Notes: generated by a model from the letters alone, not told the origin. A stretch of 64,000 nt of DNA from an uncultured Lachnospiraceae bacterium (GCA_944380185.1 CALWGV010000111.1:15362-79361), one strand, 5' to 3'; shown: positions 38,093 to 49,735, counted from the first letter of the stretch. Numbers and translations are program-made.

Positions 38093-39085
38093 ATGGGAGT
38101 AAACATCAGAGGAAGACATTTTTTGAAGCTTTTAGACTATACGCCGGAGGAAATACGCTATCTGCTGGACCTGGCAAAACAGTTCAAAAATATGAAGAGA
38201 AATGGCGTGCCTCACCGTTATCTGGAGGGGAAGAATATCGTACTTTTGTTTGAGAAGACGTCTACCCGCACGCGCTGTGCCTTTGAGGTGGCCGGAATGG
38301 ATCTGGGCGTAGGTGTCACCTATCTTGATCCGGGCAGCAGCCAGATGGGAAAGAAGGAGAGCATTCCGGATACAGCCAGGGTCCTGGGGCGGATGTTCGA
38401 TGGAATCGAATACAGAGGCTTTGACCAGGAGATCGTGGAGGAATTGGCCAGATATGCCGGCGTTCCGGTCTGGAACGGCCTCACGGATCAGTTTCACCCC
38501 ACGCAGATGTTAGCGGATTTGCTGACTATGGAGGAGAAATTCGGCCATTTAAAAGGCCTGAATTTTACCTTCATGGGCGATGCTCGAAACAATATGGGAA
38601 ATTCGCTGATGGTAGCCTGCGCGAAGATGGGAATCAATTTTACGGCCTGTGCGCCCAGAGAGCTGTTCCCGGCGCAGTGGCTGATTGACAAGGCTAAAGA
38701 GATCGCGGCGGAGAATGGCTGCACTGTCCGTCTGACGGAAGATGTGCAGGAGGGAGCAAAGGATGCGGATGTGATCTACACCGATATCTGGGTGTCCATG
38801 GGAGAGCCTGACGAGGTATGGGAGACCAGAATCAAGCTGCTCCAAAAATATCAGGTAAATGCCAAGGTGATGGAGCTGGCAAAGCCTGCGGCGCTGTTTA
38901 TGCACTGCCTGCCTTCCTTCCATGATACCAAGACGACGATCGGAGCACAGATTGCGGAGAAATTCGGATTGGAGGAGATGGAGGTAACAAACGAAGTATT
39001 TGAATCCAGACAGTCTGTGGTCTTCGATGAGGCGGAAAACCGCATGCACACCATCAAGGCTGTTATCTATGCCACGCTCTGCTGA
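38093..39085 (+). CDS. argF: Ornithine carbamoyltransferase (catabolic context)
   Basis: [17 protein letters not shown] and HCLPSFH motifs. Confidence 0.9.
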   Translation: MGVNIRGRHFLKLLDYTPEEIRYLLDLAKQFKNMKRNGVPHRYLEGKNIVLLFEKTSTRTRCAFEVAGMDLGVGVTYLDPGSSQMGKKESIPDTARVLGRMFDGIEYRGFDQEIVEELARYAGVPVWNGLTDQFHPTQMLADLLTMEEKFGHLKGLNFTFMGDARNNMGNSLMVACAKMGINFTACAPRELFPAQWLIDKAKEIAAENGCTVRLTEDVQEGAKDADVIYTDIWVSMGEPDEVWETRIKLLQKYQVNAKVMELAKPAALFMHCLPSFHDTKTTIGAQIAEKFGLEEMEVTNEVFESRQSVVFDEAENRMHTIKAVIYATLC

Positions 39086-39126
39086 TTTCTGAGCTGCGGC
39101 GGCTGAGTTGAAAGGAGGAGGAATAA

Positions 39127-40227
39127 ATGTCTTTTGAGATGCCCAGATATTATGCCCCGGATTTTACCCAGGAAAAGTTCAAAAATGCCCCGGACGTAAA
39201 GTATGCGGTGGCAGACATGGACGGAGTGGCTCCTGATAATTATCACAGCACTTCCATGTATCCGGAATATTTTAAAATCGGGGGGAAATGGATACTGGCC
39301 GAAGAAAGCCGTATGGATTCCAGCGTTGTTATCTGCGACGACGGCCATCTGGAGGTGGTGGAGAACCGCAATATTAAAAAAGGGGATCGGGTAATCCTGG
39401 GGCGGACAGAGAGAGGCGAGGAGGGAATCTACATGCACTGCGATGGTTTCCGCGCTCCCGGAGAAAAGCCGGAGGACCAGTTTGTTTTTCGTCAGGGCAG
39501 GAGCAGAGAGACTTCCTTTGCCAGGGACTATGATCGCCTGTTTGAGCTCTTGCGGCACGAAAGAGACCATGGCAATATTGTCTGGGTGATGGGACCGGCA
39601 TTTGCCTTTGATGCCGATGCCAGAGCTGCCATGCAGGCATTGGTGGAAAATGGCTATGCCCATGGCCTCCTGGCGGGAAATGCCCTGGCCACGCATGACC
39701 TGGAAGGGGCCCTCCTGCACACTGCGCTGGGGCAGGATATTTATACGCAGGTTTCGCAGCCAAACGGCCATTATAATCATCTGGACGTAATTAACAAGGT
39801 GAGAAGAAGCGGGTCGATCCGACAGTTTATCGAGGACTATCACATCGACAATGGAATCATGTACAGCATAGTGAAGAACGATATTCCCTTCGTGCTCACC
39901 GGCTCTATCCGCGATGACGGTCCTCTGCCTGAGGTGATCGGCGACGCCTATATCGGGCAGGGCGCCATGAGAAATATTGTAAAAAAGGCGACTACGGTGA
40001 TTTGCCTGGCGACAATGCTTCACACCATTGCCACCGGAAACATGACACCTTCCTTCCGCGTAATGGCAGACGGAACCATCCGCCCGGTATTTCTGTACAC
40101 GGTAGATGCGGATGAGTTTGTGGTGAATAAGCTGTTGGACCGCGGCAGTCTTTCGGCTACTACGGTGGTTACAAATGTACAGGATTTTATTACGATCGTG
40201 GCAAAGGGACTGAAGATCATGCCGTGA
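39127..40227 (+). CDS. Uncharacterised enzyme in the ADI cluster; possibly a LOR/SDH (TIGR00300, DHS-like) family ornithine cyclodeaminase-type protein
   Basis: 366 aa with its own RBS GGAGGAGG. The C-terminal half contains LLAGNALATHDLEGAL, GHYNHLDVIN and LTGSIRDDGPLPEVI. I associate these from memory with the DHS-like domain of TIGR00300 proteins. Not verified. Confidence 0.4.
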   Translation: MSFEMPRYYAPDFTQEKFKNAPDVKYAVADMDGVAPDNYHSTSMYPEYFKIGGKWILAEESRMDSSVVICDDGHLEVVENRNIKKGDRVILGRTERGEEGIYMHCDGFRAPGEKPEDQFVFRQGRSRETSFARDYDRLFELLRHERDHGNIVWVMGPAFAFDADARAAMQALVENGYAHGLLAGNALATHDLEGALLHTALGQDIYTQVSQPNGHYNHLDVINKVRRSGSIRQFIEDYHIDNGIMYSIVKNDIPFVLTGSIRDDGPLPEVIGDAYIGQGAMRNIVKKATTVICLATMLHTIATGNMTPSFRVMADGTIRPVFLYTVDADEFVVNKLLDRGSLSATTVVTNVQDFITIVAKGLKIMP

Positions 40228-40309
40228 AATGTATTCTCACCGCCGGAATACGGGAAGGGTACTGACGGAATATCGACAGAAAGCCAGATATGACAGGGCA
40301 GAAAACAAG

Positions 40310-40344
40310 GGATGCGGTCCGGATGATTTTTCCGGACCGCATCC
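40310..40344 (+). terminator. Rho-independent-type hairpin closing the arc cluster
   Basis: GGATGCGGTCCGG-ATGATTTTT-CCGGACCGCATCC, a 13-bp perfect stem. Confidence 0.65.
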
Positions 40345-40596
40345 TCTGCTATTGTACGGGTTTTGGGTTTTTTAGTTCCCGCTGTGGCCGCCGAACGCGG
40401 CAAATTCCATGGTGTTTAGTCTTCAGAAATCTACATTTTCCTAAAGAAAATATAAAATTTATAAAATATTTGTGTAAATTGTGAATTGAGCTTGCGGTCA
40501 ATTTGTGATACGATAATGCTGTTTTCAGCCGTACGGGACAAGGCAGGAGAAAATGCCGTGTCCCGCTCAATTTTCATTCAAAAATGGAGGATGAAT

Positions 40597-41952
40597 ATGG
40601 AAAAGTTTTTTAAACTGAAAGAAAACGGAACGACCGTGGGAACGGAAATCATGGCTGGCCTGACTACGTTCTTTGCCATGTCCTATATCATTGTGGTAAA
40701 TCCCGGCGTTCTGTCCCAGTCCGGTATGGAGTGGGGAGCTGTGTTCCTGGCAACGATCATTGCATCGATCATCGGTACTCTGGTGATGGGACTGGTAGCT
40801 AATGTCCCCTATGCCCAGGCGCCGGGCATGGGACTCAACGCTTTCTTTGTGTATACGGTGTGCTTCGGGCTTGGCTTCACCTGGCAGCAGGCGCTGTCGA
40901 TGGTATTTATCTGCGGTCTGCTGAATATCCTGCTGACAGTGAGCAAACTGCGCAAATACATTATCAAGTCTATTCCGCTGAGCCTTCAGAACGCCATCGG
41001 CGGCGGCATCGGTATTTTTGTGGCTTATATCGGTTTTCTGAATGTGGGCATTATCAATTTTGACGGCGGCGTGCCAGCTCTGTCTACGCTGAATCAGCCC
41101 CAGTTTTGGGTGTTCTTGATCGGTATGCTGATCAGTGTAGTGCTGCTGGTAAAAAAGGTCAAGGGCGCAATCCTGATCTCCATCATTTTGACGACACTGA
41201 TCGGTATTCCCTTTAAAGTGACTACGCCTTCCGATACGGTGAGCTTTACCGAGGCCTGTCAGGCTTTGCCCACCACTTTTCTGGCAATTTTCAGAGAGGG
41301 CGGGATCACGAGCCTTTTCTCTGACCCGGCCAAGCTCCCTCTGGTGCTGATTACGATTTTCTCCTTCAGCATTTCAGACACCTTTGACACCATCGGTACC
41401 TTCATCGGCACGGGACGCCGCAGCGGCATCTTCAGCGAGGAGGATGAGAGAATGATGGAAAGCGGCTCCGGATTTAAATCGAGACTGGACAAGGCTCTGT
41501 TTGCCGATGCGACAGCCACCTCCATCGGCGCGCTGTTTGGCACCTCTAACACGACCACCTTTGTGGAGAGCGCTTCCGGCATCGGTGTAGGCGGACGTAC
41601 CGGCTTGACCTCCGTGGTTGTGGCTATCTGCTTTGCTCTGTCTGCTTTCCTGGCGGTCTTTGTCAGTGCGGTACCCTATGCGGCTACGGCTCCGGCCCTG
41701 GTTCTGGTGGGCGTGATGATGACCTCTTCCTTTAAAGAAATCGAGTGGAATGAGCTGGATGAAGCTATTCCGGCCTTTTTTGCCGGAATTTTCATGGCTC
41801 TTTGCTACAGTATCTCCTATGGTATTGCCGCCGGATTTATTTTCTACTGCATCGTCAAGATCTGCAAAGGTGAGGCAAAGAAAATCCACCCGATCCTTTG
41901 GGTGTGCACCGGTCTGTTTGTGCTGAATTTCGTGCTTTTGGCCCTTCTGTGA
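40597..41952 (+). CDS. NCS2-family purine permease (AzgA/PbuG-like adenine/guanine/hypoxanthine transporter)
   Basis: Start at the Met behind GGAGG. MEKFFKLKENGTTVGTEIMAGLTTFFAMSYI is the characteristic AzgA-type N-terminus. About 13 TM helices. Confidence 0.85.
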   Translation: MEKFFKLKENGTTVGTEIMAGLTTFFAMSYIIVVNPGVLSQSGMEWGAVFLATIIASIIGTLVMGLVANVPYAQAPGMGLNAFFVYTVCFGLGFTWQQALSMVFICGLLNILLTVSKLRKYIIKSIPLSLQNAIGGGIGIFVAYIGFLNVGIINFDGGVPALSTLNQPQFWVFLIGMLISVVLLVKKVKGAILISIILTTLIGIPFKVTTPSDTVSFTEACQALPTTFLAIFREGGITSLFSDPAKLPLVLITIFSFSISDTFDTIGTFIGTGRRSGIFSEEDERMMESGSGFKSRLDKALFADATATSIGALFGTSNTTTFVESASGIGVGGRTGLTSVVVAICFALSAFLAVFVSAVPYAATAPALVLVGVMMTSSFKEIEWNELDEAIPAFFAGIFMALCYSISYGIAAGFIFYCIVKICKGEAKKIHPILWVCTGLFVLNFVLLALL

Positions 41953-42010
41953 GAAGACCGCGGCAAGCGCAGATTTTGGCTGCTATTTTTCAATAGCAAT
42001 ATAAATGGAG

Positions 42011-42051
42011 AAAAAGAGGATGTCCCGGAGAGGGAGGCATCCTCTTTTTTT
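42011..42051. terminator. Bidirectional terminator between convergent genes
   Basis: AAAAAGAGGATG...CATCCTCTTTTT, with A and T runs on either side. Confidence 0.7.
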
Positions 42052-42102
42052 CTTGGGTGTGCCGTCTGCTTATTGACGGCTTTTTGCCGGTGTCGTCTGT
42101 CT

Positions 42103-43101
42103 TTATTCGGCGTGGAAGGGGACCACACCCTCCACTGCTTCTGCGGCAGTGATCAGAGCATCGTTGTGATCGATGTCGACCAGACGATAGCGGTCATTTC
42201 CCATGTGGAGTTCCTTCATGTAGGTCAGCTGGCGCAGGCCATGACGGCTTTCGATGCGCTCCACCAGGTCCTTGTGATCTTCATTCTTCATGGCATAGAC
42301 CAGATCGATGCAGGCCTGATCTACAGCCAGAATATCCAAGGATGCCAAAATTCCCACGTTGGGAGTTACCACCGGCATGGCGGCGGTACCTTCGCAGTCG
42401 CAGGATACGGACATGTTGCGCATCACGTTGACGAAAGTGATGTGTTCGCCGAAGTGGTCTACCACTGCCTTGGCTGATTCAGTCATGCGTTCCATGAATT
42501 CCTCCTTGGCGATATCCCACATATCATCGGAACCGGGGGTGGTGTGGATCATGGCTTTGCCGATTCGTCCGTCAGCGCAGCCTATGCCGATATTTTTGCC
42601 GGAACCGCCGAAACCGCCCTGGGCATGCCCCTTGAAATGCGTCAGTACAAAGAGGGAGTCATAGTTCAGAATATTTTTGCCCATGGACATTTCCGTGAAC
42701 CATTTGCCGTCCTTGACCGGCAGCATCACTGTGCCTTCTTCGTCCATAATATCTACCGGACAGAAGGTCCAGCCGTTGACCTTGAGAGTTTCCCGGTGCT
42801 GCTCGGTGGTATAGCGATCTCCTTCATAGTATGTGTTGGTCTCCACGATGGAAGCGCCGGGAAGTTCTGACTGAATCAGATTTTCCACCCAGGGCCTGGG
42901 GATAATATTGGGGCCGTGCTTCTCACCGGTGTGCAGCTTAATCGCAATGCGGCCCGTCAGAGGCTGCTTTACCCGCTCGAAAATTCTGCGCAGTCCTTCT
43001 GCCGACAAATCTCTGGTGAAATAGACGATGGACTCTTCGCCGCTGCGTTCGTCGTAGGGAATGTAATGGTTGCCGCCGGAACCTGGTTTGATATTTTGCA
43101 T
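42103..43101 (-). CDS. DUF362-like protein
   Basis: Start moved to the Met (MQNIKPG...) behind AAAGGAGAA. IVYFTRDLSAEGLRRIFE...IAIKLHTGEKHGPN resembles the DUF362 family as I recall it. Confidence 0.5.
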   Translation of the reverse strand: MQNIKPGSGGNHYIPYDERSGEESIVYFTRDLSAEGLRRIFERVKQPLTGRIAIKLHTGEKHGPNIIPRPWVENLIQSELPGASIVETNTYYEGDRYTTEQHRETLKVNGWTFCPVDIMDEEGTVMLPVKDGKWFTEMSMGKNILNYDSLFVLTHFKGHAQGGFGGSGKNIGIGCADGRIGKAMIHTTPGSDDMWDIAKEEFMERMTESAKAVVDHFGEHITFVNVMRNMSVSCDCEGTAAMPVVTPNVGILASLDILAVDQACIDLVYAMKNEDHKDLVERIESRHGLRQLTYMKELHMGNDRYRLVDIDHNDALITAAEAVEGVVPFHAE

Positions 43102-43173
43102 TTCGCTTGTTCTCCTTTCTGCACGTTGAGATGTAGGCATTTACCGTACATAGTTATAGCATACTCCATAGAG

Positions 43174-43193
43174 TGGACTTGAAGTCAAGTCCA
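43174..43193. promoter_or_regulatory. Perfect 20-bp palindrome in a divergent promoter region
   Basis: TGGACTTGA-AG-TCAAGTCCA lies between the DUF362-like gene (minus) and the phosphatase/ROK/GH1 genes (plus). An extended -10 TGGTATAAT lies about 40 nt downstream. Confidence 0.45.
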
Positions 43194-43304
43194 AATTGTA
43201 AATAAGGTAGCTTTTTTTTGCTGTTTTGGTATAATGATACCAGAAGCGAAGAGGATGAGTGGGCAGAGGGCGGTTGCGTATGCGGTGCTGTTGAGGAGAT
43301 GCGG

Positions 43305-44014
43305 ATGAGAACAATTATCGTGGGCGACATACATGGATGCTATGCAGAGTTCGAAGAGATGCTTGAGAAGACTGAGCTTGACGAGGCATGCGACAGGCTG
43401 ATTCTGATCGGGGATGTCATAGACAGGGGGCCGGATTCACGGCTGGCGTTAAACCGGATTTGGGAGCTGCAAAAAAGGATGGACGGACGATTGGTCTATC
43501 TGATGGGCAATCATGAAGATTTGGCTGTGGAAGCGTGGGAGACCGGTGACCGGCATCTGTGGGATGCCAATGGAGGGGCGAAGACCCGGAGGAGCTTTTA
43601 CCGGTCGGGCGATCGTTTTGACCGTTATCTGCCTTATATCAGTGAAAGGCCTCTTTACTATGAGACAGAGGATTATATTTGTGCTCACGCAGCAGTGTCG
43701 GCCCGGGGACCGGAGCAGACGGAACGGCAAGTGTTTATATGGGATCGAAATGTTGCCTTTGGCATGCCCTATGGAGGTAAGTTTTTGATCTATGGCCATA
43801 CGCCGATGAAGGCAGTCACTTTGCGGGACGAGACGGGACGGGGCGAAGCGGTTCCTGTCGGTTTGCTTCGCCCGCTGCCGCAGACTGGCAGCATCTGTAT
43901 TGATACAGGCTGTGTCTACGGTCACAGTTTGTCGGCGCTGATTATCGCAGACGGCATGTTTCAGGTGATGGCTGTAGAGTTTGGGCGTGCTAAAAGGCGG
44001 AAGGGAGGAAGAAA

Positions 44015-44018
<4 letters not shown>
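43305..44018 (+). CDS. Metallophosphoesterase (PPP-family Ser/Thr phosphatase / ApaH-like)
   Basis: GDIHGC, GDVIDRGPDS, GNHE and GHTP motifs. Confidence 0.8.
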
Positions 44019-46367
<2,349 letters not shown>

Positions 46368-46579
46368 GGGACGGAACTTAAAATTTTAATATATGAAAAA
46401 AAACCAGATTGAGCTGGTGATATATACTGATGTATATCGGTAATAGGGGACTGGGGGCTGAAAATCGGTGTTAACCGACAGCCCCCTAAAATTGTGATTC
46501 CTGGCAGCCAGTACAGCAGATACAAGGGGAATATTCACCACAACAATATGAAAAATCTGTGTGGAAGGGAGATAAAAAA

Positions 46580-47275
46580 ATGGCACTCTATGCAATCGGA
46601 GATCTGCATCTTTCCTTTGCGGTCGACAAGCCGATGGATATGTTTGGCGCAGTGTGGAAAGATCACCCGCAGAAGATCTGGGATAACTGGCATAGAACGG
46701 TAAAAGAGGAAGATACGGTGGTGATCACGGGAGATCATAGCTGGGGCCGCAATTTGACGGAATGTGAGCCGGATCTGGAGTTTGTGGAAAGGCTTCCGGG
46801 AAGAAAAATCTTGCTGCGGGGCAATCATGATATGTTCTGGGATTCGGGAAAAACCAGACGGCTCTGCCAGCTGTATGCCGGCCGACTGGAATTTCTGCAG
46901 GACAATTTCTATTCTTATGGGGATTATGCCCTGGTAGGAACCAAGGGCTACTGTGATGAAGGGAGGGACGACCCCGGGCAGCTCTTCAAGCTTCTTGCCA
47001 GGGAGGAAGAGAGACTGCGCCGCTCTTTTGAAGCGGCTAGAAGTGCAGGATACTGCCGCTACATCATGTTTCTTCACTATCCGCCTACGGCGATCTATGA
47101 GCGGGAGAGCCGTTTCACCCGCATGGCAGAGGAGTATGGGGCCCAGAAGGTTATTTACTCCCACTGCCATGGCAGACGGCGATATGCAGACAGCATCCGT
47201 GGCTATTTTCATGGGATAGAATATAAACTGGTGTCTTCGGATTATCTGAATTTTATCCCGGATAGAATTTTGTAG
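46580..47275 (+). CDS. Metallophosphoesterase family protein
   Basis: Start at MALYAIGDLHLS. Also GDHSW, GNHD and HCHG motifs. Confidence 0.75.
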   Translation: MALYAIGDLHLSFAVDKPMDMFGAVWKDHPQKIWDNWHRTVKEEDTVVITGDHSWGRNLTECEPDLEFVERLPGRKILLRGNHDMFWDSGKTRRLCQLYAGRLEFLQDNFYSYGDYALVGTKGYCDEGRDDPGQLFKLLAREEERLRRSFEAARSAGYCRYIMFLHYPPTAIYERESRFTRMAEEYGAQKVIYSHCHGRRRYADSIRGYFHGIEYKLVSSDYLNFIPDRIL

Positions 47276-47310
47276 TATGTTGCAGTACAGGCGAGAATGT
47301 CTTGGCCGGC

Positions 47311-48651
47311 TCAGTCGGTTCGCTTCATGGACATTGTCTGTTCGATGATGCTGTCCATGATTTCGCGGGTCAGGGCTCCCTGGGCATAGCCAAAGACATT
47401 GCCGTCCTTGTCGATCATAAAGGTGGTGGGGTAGGCTCGTATGCCGTAAAGGTAGAAATACAAGCCCTCCTCGTCCATGACGACAGGAAAGGTGTATCCG
47501 TTTTCTTCCAGAAAGTCGGTGATCTCCTCGATCGTTCCTTCGCCGCTGATATTCGGGGCGGCTATGCCCAGGACGATCAGATCCTCTTCGTTGTAACCAT
47601 AGTCTTCGTATACCTGCTGAATATCGGGCATTTCCATCTGACAGGGGCCGCACCAGGTGCCCCAAAAGTTTAAAAACACAGTTTTGCCCCGATAGTCGGA
47701 GAGAGTGTGTTCCTCGCCGTACTGATCGGTCAGAGTGAAGTCGGGAGCGGGAACAGTCTCAGCTTCCGTCTCCGCGGCGGTCTCAGCCTCTGCCTCAGTC
47801 TGAGCTGCCGTCTCCGCCTGGCCCTCGGTTTCCGCTTCTGTGTCTGCCGGTTCCGGTGTCCCCTCTTCTGCTGATAGGGTGGCTTCGAAGACGTCCGTTT
47901 CTTCGCCGATCTGCGGTCCGCTGAAGCTTGACAGGTATCCGGTGATGCCATTCATAAAGCCGGTGAGAGTCATTATGCCCATCAGGATCAGGAGAACTGC
48001 ACCGATTTTAACTGTGTATCGCACTACACGCTGATGTTTTCGGAAAAAGTCAAGTACAGTTCCGGTAAACAGGCCCACAGCCAGGAAAGGCAGGATAAAA
48101 CCGATTGTATATACAGCGATCAATAGGAAAGCTCTGCCCGAAGAGGAAGCCGAACCGGCCATCAGAAGGACGCTGCTTAACGTGGGTCCTACGCAGGGAG
48201 TCCAGGCAAAACTGAAAGTGAAGCCCAGAAGAAGGGCAGGGATAGGTCCCATACTCCATTTGTTTAAAAGAAAGGGAAGCCGACGCTCGCGTTCAATGGC
48301 CTCCTGACGGCCGAAAACGCCGAATTGGTATAGACCGAAAAGGATCATGATGACGCCGCTTATACGGGCGAAGAGCATCTGATGATTGTTGAAAAATTTG
48401 CCCAGGGCGGTAAAGCCAAAGCCCAGAAGAAAGAAGGCAAAGCTGATGCCCAGGACAAAAAAGACGGTATTGATCAGAATGCGGCCGCGGGGGTACCGGA
48501 TATTTCCGTCTTCATCTACAGATTTGGCGCCGCCGGCCAAGTAACTGACATAGAGCGGAACCAGTGGAAGGACGCAGGGGGAGAAAAAACTGAGAAGCCC
48601 CTGGATAAAAACAGTCAGGACCGGTATGGTGGTCTCAATAGAAAATCCCAT
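47311..48651 (-). CDS. CcdA/DsbD-type thiol-disulfide transporter fused to a thioredoxin-like (TlpA/ResA) domain
   Basis: TM region with SPCVLP and TPCVGP Cys motifs. An extra TM, then a T/E/A-rich linker. The C-terminal redoxin domain has a WCGPC active site. Confidence 0.85.
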   Translation of the reverse strand: MGFSIETTIPVLTVFIQGLLSFFSPCVLPLVPLYVSYLAGGAKSVDEDGNIRYPRGRILINTVFFVLGISFAFFLLGFGFTALGKFFNNHQMLFARISGVIMILFGLYQFGVFGRQEAIERERRLPFLLNKWSMGPIPALLLGFTFSFAWTPCVGPTLSSVLLMAGSASSSGRAFLLIAVYTIGFILPFLAVGLFTGTVLDFFRKHQRVVRYTVKIGAVLLILMGIMTLTGFMNGITGYLSSFSGPQIGEETDVFEATLSAEEGTPEPADTEAETEGQAETAAQTEAEAETAAETEAETVPAPDFTLTDQYGEEHTLSDYRGKTVFLNFWGTWCGPCQMEMPDIQQVYEDYGYNEEDLIVLGIAAPNISGEGTIEEITDFLEENGYTFPVVMDEEGLYFYLYGIRAYPTTFMIDKDGNVFGYAQGALTREIMDSIIEQTMSMKRTD

Positions 48652-48842
48652 AAATTATTCCTCGCTGTGCAATATAATTTAAAGAGTGGAAAGGGGGAAG
48701 GACAGCGCTGTCTTTGCCCCGGAGAATAATAGACCGCGGGAGACCTGCCGAATGATAAGACGGACAGATTTCCCGCGGCAGTATTAACATAGCACAGCAG
48801 TGGCGGAATTGCAATCGGAAATTACCGGCTGCCTGATCACCT

Positions 48843-49079
48843 CTATTCGATCAGATCCTCGTAAGACACATCCAGGCACTCCTTGATGCCTTTCAGCTGG
48901 GATGCCTTGACGTGCTGGGCTCCCCGTTCAATCTTGACCAGGGTCTCTCTGGTGATGGGAATGCCCTGCAGCTGTAAGAGACGCACGAGCTGTGTCTGCC
49001 CGATATGCTTTTTCAGCCGCTGTTCTCTTATTCTTGTTCCAATGCAGATTTTTTCATCGTTTTTGATTTTGCCTTCCAT
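48843..49079 (-). CDS. XRE-family HTH transcriptional regulator
   Basis: Start at the Met behind AGGAGG (MEGKIKNDEK...). HTH region is IGQTQLVRLLQLQGIPITRETLVKIERG. Confidence 0.75.
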   Translation of the reverse strand: MEGKIKNDEKICIGTRIREQRLKKHIGQTQLVRLLQLQGIPITRETLVKIERGAQHVKASQLKGIKECLDVSYEDLIE

Positions 49080-49181
49080 AAATGATGTGCCTCCTGACAA
49101 AAGCTGCCGGTAACGAAACTAGTTGGTTTTCTTAGGTATAGGTATAAATAACCATTGGTGGGAAATGCTGCCATTTCATCA

Positions 49182-49217
49182 CTTTGTCTTTATCTTAGAC
49201 AAAGCTTATGTTATAAT
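49182..49217 (+). promoter_or_regulatory. Inverted repeat overlapping the -35 position of the promoter for the 125-aa gene
   Basis: CTTTGTCT (49182..49189) and AGACAAAG (49197..49204), followed by TATAAT at 49212..49217. Lies in the divergent region next to the XRE gene. Confidence 0.45.
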
Positions 49218-49249
49218 GGGACCAAAACAAGTCCTAAGAAAGGGAGGGG

Positions 49250-49627
49250 TTGCAGGTAGTGAGGATATATGATTATCGCGCCCATGTAAAGGAAGAGGGG
49301 CAGGAACAGGAGAATCTGCCGCTCCGGTTTCAAAAATCCCTGGAAGCCGCCATGAAAAGCAGAAGGCATCATCCGGAGCGCAGGGAACGTTTCGAGCATG
49401 AGCTGATTCCTCTGATGCAGGAATTGGCCAGGCAGCAGAACGGCATTTTATATCTGGACATTCAGGAGGAACGGGCGTGCGCCCTCGTTCTGCTGGAGGG
49501 AATGCTGATTTTGGGCTGCCATGACATCGAACTGATAAACAAGCTTTTGCCCTATGAGATCATGATCTGTGCGCGTGACAACGCACTCTCCGTGGAAGTA
49601 TGGGTTGAATTCTGGGATATAATATGA
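49250..49627 (+). CDS. Hypothetical protein (125 aa)
   Basis: TTG start 5 nt after GGGAGGGG. No recognisable motif. Divergent from the XRE regulator. Confidence 0.4.
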   Translation: MQVVRIYDYRAHVKEEGQEQENLPLRFQKSLEAAMKSRRHHPERRERFEHELIPLMQELARQQNGILYLDIQEERACALVLLEGMLILGCHDIELINKLLPYEIMICARDNALSVEVWVEFWDII

Positions 49628-49735
49628 GCGCCCTCATTCGTCGGAACACTCATGAAATTAAGTAATAAAAAGAGAGCGTCTGCCTGTGAATCGGACGCTC
49701 ATCTGTTATCCATATACCTGTACGAAAAAAATACA

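Noticed and set aside
47730-47951. 73-aa minus-strand ORF and a 64-aa plus-strand ORF inside the Thr/Glu/Ala linker region of the CcdA-thioredoxin gene
   Set aside because: These are alternative-frame artefacts of a low-complexity GC-rich repeat region inside a well-supported CDS.
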